Shown: positions 1-8,138 of the stretch, in pieces
Numbering within the stretch: the stretch's first letter is position 1
Layout: every line of letters starts with the position of its first letter
IMG/VR virus record: IMGVR_UViG_3300037506_000042
Span: 1 to 49,166 of that record
Origin: a virus
Lineage: Duplodnaviria > Caudoviricetes
Reading direction: 5' to 3' (one strand)
DNA length: 49,166 nucleotides
Program-made: the position numbers and the translations under genes
The notes under the pieces: model-generated
What the model was told of the DNA's origin: nothing
What the model saw: the letters and a program-made list of their open reading frames with translations, nothing else
Databases searched by the model: none

Positions 1-1
1 C

Positions 2-1018
2 CGACACAAAGACATCTCCGGCGGCGTTGAGCGCAACATCGGTGGGGTGATACAGGCCACTGGCAGTGTCAGCTGGGCTGTTGGTCGTGAAGCTATCGCC
101 ATTCACACCTTGCCCAAGCACGTGAATCGCGTCCGGTGCGTTTGATGTAATCGGCAGCCGAAAAACCAGTACGCGATTGTTCTCCCACTCCGAGACATAC
201 AGCAAATTGCGCATCTTGTCGATCGCAACGCCGGTGGGCCGGTGAAGCCCATTTCTTGAAGTTGTGGGTGTCCTGCTTGTGAAATCGGGTTGCCCGATGA
301 CATAGTCCGGTGTCACTGCCGCTGTAATTGGCGTGCTGGCAGGTGCTAGAAACACCAGAACACGATGATTAAAGTCATCGGCCAGATAGAGATTGTTTTG
401 CGCGTCGATCGCCATGCCGCGTGGCTGATTCATAGCGTGCGCACCCACGCCGGAAGCAACATGCTCAAAATCCACGCCTGTGTCTCCTTGCCCAAAGACA
501 AGACTCGCAGCCATGCCAATGGTGTAGGGTGGGCGGAACTGCATAACCCGGTTATATTCGGTGTCAGCGACGTAGATCACGCCGGTGGAATCCACCGTGA
601 CTCGCTCTGGGTAGCCCAAACCAGCCGCGCCGCTTTGGATCTCGTTGCTGTTCAGGTCGAGTTGCCCCAACACAAAGTCCGCTGCAGCGCCGTTTGAAAA
701 TGAGGCGGCGTTTGGCCAGCTCAAGACACGGTGGTTCAGATAGTCGCCAACAAATAGGCGTCCATCGGGTGCAATGCCGATCCCTGCAGGCGTATTGAAA
801 CGCGCCGAGCCCGCGCCAGGTTCAATGGCTGTGAAATTGTTCTGCCCCAGAACAGCATCAGCAATGGTGTCCGGATAGAGTGATTCGTTCCGGATCGCGG
901 CTGCTTTAGGTATCAGCGGCGCCTGCTGTGACCGTGCGTCGTTCAAGTTCCCTGCGACTGCTGTCAGGGTCAGCAATACGCCTGCGAGTAGTTGCTTCGA
1001 GGGTTTTTGAGTAAGCAT
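2..1018 (-). CDS. Host-like secreted NHL-repeat (beta-propeller) protein, runs off the left edge
   Basis: Manual translation (absent from the ORF track): MLTQKPSKQLLAGVLLTLTAVAG signal-like start, then repeated NHL motifs (FNTPAGIGIAPDGRLFVGDYLNHRVL; GYPESVTVDSTGVIYVADTEYNRV; NQPRGMAIDAQNNLYLADDFNHRVL). Confidence 0.85.
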   Translation of the reverse strand, partial: MLTQKPSKQLLAGVLLTLTAVAGNLNDARSQQAPLIPKAAAIRNESLYPDTIADAVLGQNNFTAIEPGAGSARFNTPAGIGIAPDGRLFVGDYLNHRVLSWPNAASFSNGAAADFVLGQLDLNSNEIQSGAAGLGYPERVTVDSTGVIYVADTEYNRVMQFRPPYTIGMAASLVFGQGDTGVDFEHVASGVGAHAMNQPRGMAIDAQNNLYLADDFNHRVLVFLAPASTPITAAVTPDYVIGQPDFTSRTPTTSRNGLHRPTGVAIDKMRNLLYVSEWENNRVLVFRLPITSNAPDAIHVLGQGVNGDSFTTNSPADTASGLYHPTDVALNAAGDVFVS

Positions 1019-1145
1019 GTGTGCGTATCCCGGCAGCGTGCGGAAAGAGAGAGACACACACACTGCCTGCAGATATAAATGCTGCACATAGGGGAAATAT
1101 CACAGTGTAAAAAAGACTCGATTGGGAGCCTTATTCCGAGTGAGG

Positions 1146-2222
1146 TTAACGCGTACCGCTCACAGAGGCCAGACGCGTTTCGGCTTCCTTCAGGTAGTCA
1201 GCATCAATCTCGAAGCCAATAAAGTTGACGCCCAGTCCGGCGCAGGCGAGCGCGGTATTGCCCAGCCCCATAAATGGATCAAGCACGGTCTTGACGCGCT
1301 CTAGCCCATGCAGCCGGATGCACAGCTCTGGGATGCGCGGCGGGAATGTGGCCGGGTGAGGACGCTGTGAATCCCGGCTCTTGATTGTCTTGTAGGGCAC
1401 AAACCAGGTATTGCCACGGCAGCGCACGTCTTGTTTGCGACCCCAGCGCGCGATGTTGCTTTTGTCCTGATATGCTACGCCGATCGCTAGCCTGTCCAGC
1501 TGCACCGTGCCGGTTTTGCTCAGGTGAAAAATATACTCGTGGCAATCATTGACATAGCGCGGGCTGTTGATCGGTTTGAAATGCCCAATGGCAACATCCT
1601 GTGTGATGCCGTCGTAATCGCCGACTTCAGCTTTCTCTATCGCAATCGACTTGATCCAGTGGATCGTGTTTTGCAGGTTGAAGTGCCCGGTCATGACTTG
1701 GAGCACCTGTAGGGGCACCAGCGGATCTGTCGGCTTGGAGCCGATGTTCAGGAACAGCGAGCCGTCGTCTGAGAGCACGCGCTTGGCTTCGGTGGCCCAT
1801 TCATCCAGCCAGAGCAAATAGGACTCGCGCGGCTGATCGTCGCGGTATTTGCCGTAACGCACGCCGAGGTTGTAGGGCGGAGAGGTCACGATCACATCGA
1901 CCGAGCCAGCTTCTAGATCGGCCATGCCATCGAGGCAATCTTCGTTGAGCAAATAGCGGCGGCTGGCGTTGTTCTCCCGGCGCTCAGCGTCGCGTGCGCT
2001 CAAAATTCCGCGCGTTTTTTCTATTGCATCACGCCCGCATTCGCGGATTTCATCTCCGCTCATGCCGGCGGCCTGCGCCGCATTCATCGCATCAAGCACC
2101 GGTCCATAAGCGTTCCATTTCAGCGACTCCTCCTTCAGAGACCTGCATGCGTCGCAATTCTTCGCGCGCTTGCTGGCAAGTTCTGCTCCGCAGTGCTGGC
2201 ATTGATTTGCGGGTGTTGTCAT
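1146..2222 (-). CDS. Beta-class N4/N6 DNA methyltransferase with an N-terminal CxxC..CxxC extension
   Basis: VIVTSPPY catalytic motif precedes HPATFP and VLDPFMGLGNT (SAM binding); about 90 extra N-terminal residues with CQHC and CDAC. Confidence 0.92.
   Translation of the reverse strand: MTTPANQCQHCGAELASKRAKNCDACRSLKEESLKWNAYGPVLDAMNAAQAAGMSGDEIRECGRDAIEKTRGILSARDAERRENNASRRYLLNEDCLDGMADLEAGSVDVIVTSPPYNLGVRYGKYRDDQPRESYLLWLDEWATEAKRVLSDDGSLFLNIGSKPTDPLVPLQVLQVMTGHFNLQNTIHWIKSIAIEKAEVGDYDGITQDVAIGHFKPINSPRYVNDCHEYIFHLSKTGTVQLDRLAIGVAYQDKSNIARWGRKQDVRCRGNTWFVPYKTIKSRDSQRPHPATFPPRIPELCIRLHGLERVKTVLDPFMGLGNTALACAGLGVNFIGFEIDADYLKEAETRLASVSGTR
1178..1276 (+). repeat. 99-bp exact direct repeat, left copy (right copy 49068-49166)
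   Basis: TTTCGGCTTCCTTCAGGTAGTCAG...CCCCATAAATG is identical at both places; a further 9 bp match beyond one mismatch (1177 vs 49067). Confidence 0.97.
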
Positions 2223-2435
2223 GATTTGTTTCTCCTACGCGTTGCTAGTCAAGTTTTAACTTCCGGGCGCGCAAGGTTGCGCACTCGCTCGGCTGTTGGC
2301 GGTTTGCCGGCACTCAATGCAGCAATAAAGCATTGGGCCTCGACGCGTGTAGTGTTCGTCGGGGTGGATCGGGCCGCCGCAGTGATCGCAGATGCCGACG
2401 GGGGCAGATTTTGATCGCATTGCGGCGACCGAACT

Positions 2436-2469
2436 TTTGAAAAAGCCCGGCGCGATGTTGCGCCGGGCT
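2436..2469 (-). terminator. Intrinsic terminator for leftward genes
   Basis: AGCCCGGCGC/GCGCCGGGCT 10-bp stem followed by a T-run on the minus strand, just after the 2479 stop. Confidence 0.7.
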
Positions 2470-2478
2470 GTGGAAGAA

Positions 2479-2769
2479 TCAGATCAGACTGATCCGTCGC
2501 TCGCGTTCCTGGAGTAGGTCCAGGAAAGCTTCTCGCATGTCGAGGTCTATAGAGTAGACCTCTTCTGAAATTTTGAACAAGAGTTGTTGGAACGCATTTG
2601 TGAGGTCATGGTCCACCTCCGCGCTTCCGTCTTTGTCGACGCGCTCAATTTTCTCAGCGCGCCAGTTTAGTTGCACTTGTCGCTCGTCGTTGTAGAGCGC
2701 GTCTTCTACGATGCTCTCATACGCGCGCATTACATGCGCGTACGGGAGCCTCTCTAGATAGAGGTTCAT
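2479..2769 (-). CDS. Small acidic hypothetical early protein
   Basis: 96-aa ORF with AAGGAGAG RBS, collinear with the early operon. Confidence 0.75.
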   Translation of the reverse strand: MNLYLERLPYAHVMRAYESIVEDALYNDERQVQLNWRAEKIERVDKDGSAEVDHDLTNAFQQLLFKISEEVYSIDLDMREAFLDLLQERERRISLI

Positions 2770-2784
2770 TTTATGCTCTCCTTT

Positions 2785-3594
2785 TCATTTTACTAGGTAT
2801 TGACGAGTTCTAAATTCGTCAATCCATCGCAGCGTCATTTCCGCTATGGGTGAGGACGAGGGTGTATCGCCGGGCTCTATGGCAAGGAACCACAACTCTG
2901 CCGGACGGTTCGGGCTGGGGCTGATTCCGACCTCGTTGAGGTCGCATCCACGCACATTTGCAATGGTTCCGATCAGGGATGCGCACTCGCCTCGGTACGC
3001 ATCGCCGTCAATCCGCCCTTCGAGTAGGGCTTGGCGGAGACCGTTTATTTCGTTGGGTGCCTGTGACAGCACCCGCCATAGGTCTCTTTTGATGCCGTTC
3101 ATATTGGCATCTCCAAGATTTGCCCCGCTAAAATCGGCATTGAGTACATTCGCGCGGCCTACTTTTGCGCCTCTGAAATTGGTGTTTCGCGCGCTTGTTT
3201 CGCGCAAGTACGCGTCGGTTAGATCGACGTTGCCGAAATAGGCATCGTCGATCTTAGCGTTTCTAAGATCGACACGGTGAAAGCTTGCGTTTCCCGCCTT
3301 GATTTCACGCATATCTGTTTCTCGCAGATCTGCGCCGTCGAATTTAGCGCCCTCGACATCCGCTCCACGCATATCGACTGCGCGGAACTCAACGTTTTCC
3401 AGGTTCGCTTTGCGGAGCTTTGCTCCGCGAATGTTCTGCTCCTTCAGGGACAGCCATCGAAGGTCGGCGCAGGATAGATCTACGCCTTCTTGAATCGCCT
3501 TTACGACCGCGGCGTTGCGGTCCGGGGCTTCGATTCGGGCAATTACGTGGCCCGAGAACCGGTTTTTTATGACGTTTATCACGGAGTTAATCAC
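2785..3594 (-). CDS. Pentapeptide-repeat protein (probable start GTG at 3582)
   Basis: Tandem A(D/N)L(R/x) pentapeptides (ADLRW, AKLRK, ANLEN, ADLRE, ANLGD) plus a C-terminal globular domain. Confidence 0.9.
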   Translation of the reverse strand: MINSVINVIKNRFSGHVIARIEAPDRNAAVVKAIQEGVDLSCADLRWLSLKEQNIRGAKLRKANLENVEFRAVDMRGADVEGAKFDGADLRETDMREIKAGNASFHRVDLRNAKIDDAYFGNVDLTDAYLRETSARNTNFRGAKVGRANVLNADFSGANLGDANMNGIKRDLWRVLSQAPNEINGLRQALLEGRIDGDAYRGECASLIGTIANVRGCDLNEVGISPSPNRPAELWFLAIEPGDTPSSSPIAEMTLRWIDEFRTRQYLVK

Positions 3595-3827
3595 GTTTCA
3601 ATTGTCGAGCGCGCAAGGTTGCGCACTCGACGCCAGCCAAAATCCTAGCCGCGCGCTCGCTTGGCGCGGTATCTTCTGTTTCGCGCTCAACGCCCTCGGC
3701 GTCTGCGTAGCTGGCGTACCAGCCGCCGTCTTCGACCATGTACGTGCTCAAAGAGAGCGCGATTGCGCAGTCAGCGAGTATGTCAATAAACGCGGAGTTT
3801 GTTACCTCCATTGTTTTGCACACCCAA
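3587..3827 (-). pseudogene. Diverged 3' duplicate of gene 4569-4922
   Basis: 241-bp direct repeat of 4569-4809 (offset 982); both encode WVCKTMEVTNSAFID...EDGGWYA...ERAARILAG. Confidence 0.75.
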
Positions 3828-3858
3828 CGCCGGAGTTGGTTCAGATTGCATCCTCGAA

Positions 3859-3914
3859 CCTGGCGACCCGTCAAGGGACGTTCGCGTTGCTCATTCCCTT
3901 GACGGGTCGCCAGG
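3859..3914. repeat. Perfect 20-bp inverted repeat with 16-nt loop
   Basis: CCTGGCGACCCGTCAAGGGA (3859-3878) and TCCCTTGACGGGTCGCCAGG (3895-3914). Confidence 0.95.
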
Positions 3915-4085
3915 CTCAGGGATACACTGATCAAGTCACGGCGGCCGGTGAAAGAAATCCACAGCCACAATCCGCCGGACAACTATGACGTTTATCACTT
4001 TGATCCTTTTTTGCTGCGCCCCTAAGCGCAGCTTTTAACTGCCGAGCGCACTATTTTGTGCGCTCGGCAGTGTTTCGACCCTTAA

Positions 4086-4523
4086 TTACAGCCACTCCAT
4101 GTGGCTGTATTGAAACTTCATTGGTGGGTCGACCTTGACTTCAATTTCGTTGTCGTTAACGGTCGTGGCGACATTTGGGTTGACCGCCGCCACAATGGCG
4201 GCGGCGACTCTGGCGTCCACGTCGAATGACATGGTCCATTTCTGGACCACGCCCATCGGGCGTGGTCCAGGGACTGAGACAATAACTCCGACCTCTTGGC
4301 GATCACGCATGCGCGCGATCGCTGCGGTTGCCTGTGCCGGCAGCGCTTGAAAGACAAGCGCTGCCTCAAGTTTCTTGGCCTCTTCTAGGAGGCCGTTGAT
4401 AATTCCCACGCACTCTTCAGAGTGCGCAGGGAAGTTGACGGCCTTTTGGCCGACAACCTGGAATTCTTCTCCGACATCGGCCGCGTGGCGGCCGATGATA
4501 AACACCTTCAGTTTATCTTTCAT
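4086..4523 (-). CDS. Hypothetical early protein
   Basis: 145-aa ORF with AAGGAGAAAC RBS, flanked by hairpins at about 4038-4072 and 4547-4568. Confidence 0.8.
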   Translation of the reverse strand: MKDKLKVFIIGRHAADVGEEFQVVGQKAVNFPAHSEECVGIINGLLEEAKKLEAALVFQALPAQATAAIARMRDRQEVGVIVSVPGPRPMGVVQKWTMSFDVDARVAAAIVAAVNPNVATTVNDNEIEVKVDPPMKFQYSHMEWL

Positions 4524-4568
4524 GTTTCTCCTTGTTTTCCTTAACTACCCCCGCGTAATTGCGCGGGG

Positions 4569-4922
4569 TTAATCACGCCTTAACTGTCGAGCGTGAAGCA
4601 TCACGCACTCGATCCCAGCCAAAATCCTCGCCGCGCGCTCGGTCGGCGCGGTGTCGTTTGTCTCGTGCCTCTCGCAGTGTGCCCCTCTATAGGTGGCGTA
4701 CCAGCCACCATCCTCGACCACGAATGCTCTATCGCTGAGCGCGATTGCGCAGTCAGCGAGCATGTCAATAAACGCGGAGTTTGTTACCTCCATTGTTTTG
4801 CACACCCAAGACGTATCTTGGTTTGCAGTTGCGTTGAACTGCACACGAGTTACAATTTTTGCTGCGTTTCGATTGCCGAGCGGGGCGCCAGGACCCCGCT
4901 TAGTTTTTTTTTGACTTCTCAT
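4569..4922 (-). CDS. Hypothetical protein with basic GAPxGNxNA N-terminal motif
   Basis: MRSQKKTKRGPGAPLGNRNAAK; the C-terminal part is duplicated at 3587-3827. Confidence 0.7.
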   Translation of the reverse strand: MRSQKKTKRGPGAPLGNRNAAKIVTRVQFNATANQDTSWVCKTMEVTNSAFIDMLADCAIALSDRAFVVEDGGWYATYRGAHCERHETNDTAPTERAARILAGIECVMLHARQLRRD

Positions 4923-4925
4923 TTT

Positions 4926-5522
4926 TCACCATACGGTGATAACGTTATCGCCGTATTCAATTTTCGGTTTGCCAACTGTCTCTCGCTCGCGTTCTATAAA
5001 TTTGAACGCTTCGTACCCCGAATCGAACGGGCCTTGCACCAACTCGTCTTTCATGGCCCAAGTTCTTATGTGGAAACTTCCTCCTTCGCAAATTACGTAA
5101 ACGTGCCCCTTGGGGGCACGACCCACTGAATATTCGCTGTCCTTCTCGTGCCTATTATCAATTATCTTGCTCACCTTGTGAGCGTCATAGCTTATCTTTC
5201 GTGCATAAATGGCTTTTGCCATTTGATCACCCGTTTTTAATGCGTGTATAAAGCTTACTCCTTGTACTATTGCAGTAGTAAGCTCAACGCAAAACAGAGC
5301 AGCTGCAAACCGCGTTTCTGGGCATGTCAAGCTTTCATCTATTCCTTTTTCAAACTCTTCATATGAGAGTTTGAATGAATTACTCCAGTATTCCATACTG
5401 GGACTTTTGTACATCGGAGTAAGGCCGTACACTCGACATACTTCTGTCGAGTGTTTGCTAATCAAATGATTGTTTTTCAATGCGTAAGATGCAATGTTAT
5501 GCAGAAGCATTTCGTGTTTCAT
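4926..5522 (-). CDS. Hypothetical protein (AT-rich)
   Basis: Long ORF; ATG at 5522 has an AAGGGG RBS. Confidence 0.7.
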   Translation of the reverse strand: MKHEMLLHNIASYALKNNHLISKHSTEVCRVYGLTPMYKSPSMEYWSNSFKLSYEEFEKGIDESLTCPETRFAAALFCVELTTAIVQGVSFIHALKTGDQMAKAIYARKISYDAHKVSKIIDNRHEKDSEYSVGRAPKGHVYVICEGGSFHIRTWAMKDELVQGPFDSGYEAFKFIERERETVGKPKIEYGDNVITVW

Positions 5523-5550
5523 TTTTCCCCTTATTGAACTATACAATTAC

Positions 5551-5590
5551 GCCTACACCTGCTGCGCGAAATAATGCAGCAGGTGTAGGC
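5551..5590. terminator. 15-bp stem hairpin between early genes
   Basis: GCCTACACCTGCTGC and GCAGCAGGTGTAGGC; no clear U-tract. Confidence 0.5.
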
Positions 5591-5624
5591 TGCTTCAAAA
5601 TTCACTATGAAGCGTCTTCGCGCT

Positions 5625-5846
5625 TCATACCCCACCTTTCCAAACGCGCGCCATCCATCCTGCTTTGTAAGCAGCCATGGCAAAGTCTTTCGTCTTCTCG
5701 TCGCAATCCTCAAGTTCAAGGGAAATAATTTCCCCATGGGCTTCAATGAAGCCCCTATCGAAATAATCGTCCCAAAACACTTGCTTCTGAAAGTAATTCA
5801 TGCTTTCAATTGAAAGCACCTTTCCGCTTTTGTCTTTGTATGTCAT
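5625..5846 (-). CDS. Small early protein, paralog of 7604-7918
   Basis: MTYKDKSGKVLSIESMNY resembles MSYTDESGKVISIHEMTY; AAGGAG RBS; directly behind a consensus promoter. Confidence 0.8.
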   Translation of the reverse strand: MTYKDKSGKVLSIESMNYFQKQVFWDDYFDRGFIEAHGEIISLELEDCDEKTKDFAMAAYKAGWMARVWKGGV

Positions 5847-5883
5847 AACTGCTCCTTAAGTGAACCCTTGCTTGCTGCATTGA

Positions 5884-5911
5884 ATTATACACAAAACAAT
5901 CCAACTGTCAA
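5884..5911 (-). promoter_or_regulatory. Sigma70-type early promoter
   Basis: TTGACA-16 bp-TATAAT; lies in a ~61-bp block (5880-5941) repeated at 6490-6550. Confidence 0.85.
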
Positions 5912-5954
5912 CTACCGAAGCAAAAAATACGCATAAATGCGATGAAAATGCGCT

Positions 5955-6098
5955 TCATCTAAGACGCACGCGTTTAGCTTTGGTGCCTGGTTCATCCAGC
6001 CAGAGAAAATAGAACTTGCGCGGCCGAGCGAATTCCGCTGCGTTTCGATTGCCGAGCGGGGCTCCAGGACCGCTCGGCTTTTTGACTTTCCGACTCAC
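5955..6098 (-). CDS. 47-aa chimeric ORF (GAPLGNRNAA motif fused to an MTase-derived fragment)
   Basis: Manual translation MSRKVKKPSGPGAPLGNRNAAEFARPRKFYFLWLDEPGTKAKRVRLR; halves resemble 4861-4895 and 1768-1833. Confidence 0.5.
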   Translation of the reverse strand: MSRKVKKPSGPGAPLGNRNAAEFARPRKFYFLWLDEPGTKAKRVRLR

Positions 6099-6099
6099 A

Positions 6100-6486
6100 C
6101 TATTCTTCCCCCCTCTTAAATGCTGTTACAAGCCTTGTTGGGCGGAACATGTCGCCATCGCCAGCATCTGCCTGGTCGATGTAAACGCCCTCCCAAATTG
6201 TGACCAGATCGCCACCGCCGTAGCCAACGTGGAAGCCCTCGCGGAGGGCTTCGCGGCACTCGGCTTCGTCGTTATACATTCCAAATCCGCACAATCCAGC
6301 GTTGGCCAAGCGCCAGCGCCCATCCGAGCAGCGCACCGGCTCGCCTTTCAGGTCGAGGTCCTTTTTTGTCTCGACCGCCTCTCTTTTCGAGGCGAAGTCC
6401 ATATACAACACGTAGCTGCGCTTGTCGCGCAAGTCGCGTTTAAGTTGAGCTTCGTTTGCAACAAATCGGATAAAGTAGCTGGTCAC
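6100..6486 (-). CDS. Hypothetical early protein, probably leaderless GTG start
   Basis: In-frame part of ORF 6100-6675; GTG lies 7 nt after the -10 box. Confidence 0.65.
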   Translation of the reverse strand: MTSYFIRFVANEAQLKRDLRDKRSYVLYMDFASKREAVETKKDLDLKGEPVRCSDGRWRLANAGLCGFGMYNDEAECREALREGFHVGYGGGDLVTIWEGVYIDQADAGDGDMFRPTRLVTAFKRGEE

Positions 6487-6493
6487 AAATTGA

Positions 6494-6521
6494 ATTATAC
6501 ACAAAACAATCCAACTGTCAA
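6494..6521 (-). promoter_or_regulatory. Sigma70-type early promoter, second copy
   Basis: TTGACA-16-TATAAT, identical to 5884-5911. Confidence 0.85.
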
Positions 6522-6650
6522 CTACCGAAGCAAAAATACGCATAAATGCGTAGATGCGTATAGATGAGCGGTGCAAAGATACCGCTCGCGTCGCAGCGTC
6601 GTAGCGTGTCGTAGAACACCAAAACGTTATCACTTCTGATAATGATATTA

Positions 6651-6857
6651 TCAGAAGTAGTTTTTGTTTTCGCACGCAGCTGCCGCTTTGCCCCCTTTGT
6701 CAAACTTTGCGCCGTGCAGATCTGCACCTCGCAGATCTGCACAACGAAAATCAGCTAATTCAGCAACAGCAATTTCAACCGCAGTCTTCATGCTGTCTGC
6801 GTATGTTTCAAAAATAACAGCTCCGGTACACTTGTTACGAATTGTGACCTTCACCAT
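6651..6857 (-). CDS. Short or truncated pentapeptide-repeat protein
   Basis: MVKVTIRNKCTGAVIFE...ADFRCADLRGADLHGAKF; N-terminus resembles 2785-3594; GGAG RBS. Confidence 0.7.
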   Translation of the reverse strand: MVKVTIRNKCTGAVIFETYADSMKTAVEIAVAELADFRCADLRGADLHGAKFDKGGKAAAACENKNYF

Positions 6858-6927
6858 TTGTAAAACTTGCTCCGTTTTTCTTCCTTGACTGGAAGACTGC
6901 AATTCCAATGCGCCAATGACGTTCGGG

Positions 6928-6956
6928 TTGCGGCTCTAAGACGATATGGCTATAAT
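6928..6956 (+). promoter_or_regulatory. Putative CRISPR-array promoter
   Basis: TTGCGG-17 bp-TATAAT, 130 bp upstream of the first repeat and pointing into the array. Confidence 0.65.
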
Positions 6957-7086
6957 CTGGGGGTTGAGCCCTTTCGTGGGGATTCGACTCCGCCGGAATT
7001 GCCTTGATGTGAGAGTTAGGCGCAATTCCGGCGAAATCGTTTTCCCTACGGCTGTTGCTGAACTTGAACAGGAATTCCAACAGGAA

Positions 7087-7632
7087 GCGTTGGCTCAATC
7101 GATCCGGTGGCGGATACTGAAACCGCTGCGCACCCAACTGAACATGTCACAGGAAGTGCGGCGTTGGCTCAATCGATCCGGTGGCGGATACTGAAACATG
7201 CCGCAATCGCTGACGACACGATCAAACGCGACCGCGTTGGCTCAATCGATCCGGTGGCGGATACTGAAACTGCGCAGCGTCAATGCGCGCCTGAGCACAA
7301 TTCGAAGCGTTGGCTCAATCGATCCGGTGGCGGATACTGAAACGCGCGTCGGCGGCTGGTCTGGCTGGCGACTACAGGCGTTGGCTCAATCGATCCGGTG
7401 GCGGATACTGAAACAACACACGATTTTGTTGACCTTTACAAAATCGGTCGGCGTTGGCTCAATCGATCCGGTGGCGGATACTGAAACTCATAGTTGAAAC
7501 TTCTAGTAATAAACGAAACGCCGCGTTGGCTCAATCGATCCGGTGGCGGATACTGAAACGAAATTGGATGTCGGGTTTGCTCATGCTCACACCGTGCGTT
7601 GGCTCAATCGATCCGGTGGCGGATACTGAAAC
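7087..7632 (+). CRISPR. cas-less CRISPR mini-array: 8 identical 37-bp repeats, 7 spacers of 34-37 bp
   Basis: GCGTTGGCTCAATCGATCCGGTGGCGGATACTGAAAC at 7087, 7161, 7234, 7307, 7378, 7451, 7523, 7596; internal ATCCG-GTGG-CGGAT hairpin and ACTGAAAC 3' end typical of Cas6-processed class 1 repeats. Confidence 0.98.
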
Positions 7633-7918
7633 TTGCTTCGTCAAGAGACTCGCACCATTCTTGCCATCCCCTTGAGTATTCCTCACTTGCTGCATTTATG
7701 GTATCTTCATCTGCTTCTTCGAACATATCCGAATCGTCGATGTTTTGTTTGATTCGCTCTAAGCTTGGAAGAATTCCGTCAAATAGTTCCCCAAGATTTT
7801 TATTATCGTCCGCATCTTGAAAGCCAAAGCTTCGAAAATGCTCGCGAAACTCACGTTCTTGCACATACGTCATTTCATGAATTGAAATGACTTTCCCGCT
7901 TTCGTCTGTGTAGCTCAT
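7604..7918 (-). CDS. Small acidic early protein whose stop codon lies inside the last CRISPR repeat
   Basis: AAGGAGAA RBS, own promoter, D/E-rich (DDSDMFEEADED), paralog of 5625-5846. Confidence 0.8.
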   Translation of the reverse strand: MSYTDESGKVISIHEMTYVQEREFREHFRSFGFQDADDNKNLGELFDGILPSLERIKQNIDDSDMFEEADEDTINAASEEYSRGWQEWCESLDEASFSIRHRID

Positions 7919-7947
7919 AGTTCTCCTTGAAATTAACCTTGAATTGA

Positions 7948-7975
7948 ATTGTATGCAAAACAATCATTCTGTCAA
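7948..7975 (-). promoter_or_regulatory. Sigma70-type early promoter, third diverged copy
   Basis: GGTAG-TTGACA-16-TACAAT-TCAA, same flanks as the other two copies. Confidence 0.8.
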
Positions 7976-8138
7976 CTACCAGTGACCAAAATCAGACTAA
8001 ATACGTAGACGGCATGCGTGCGATAATGCCATCTGTGGCGTATCCGGCATCGTCGGCGCGGGTTAATCAACGTCCGCAAGTCGCCACAAAGCGCCGAACG
8101 CAAGCAGCGCGCGCAAAACCGCTACGCTGTCTGATTCG

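Noticed and set aside
103-1103. Short ORFs 103-303, 365-697 and 906-1103
   Set aside because: They overlap the edge-truncated NHL-repeat gene in other frames.
1178-1276. Calling the 99-bp repeat a classical attL/attR pair
   Set aside because: The right copy ends at the window edge so its real length is unknown, 99 bp fits an assembler overlap, and no integrase is visible.
7124-7377. Self-matches for spacers 1-4
   Set aside because: None found by eye in this window; an external search is needed, and they probably target other elements.
6835-7820. ORFs containing AQSIRWRILK or FQYPPPDRLSQR
   Set aside because: They are translations of the CRISPR repeat, not proteins.
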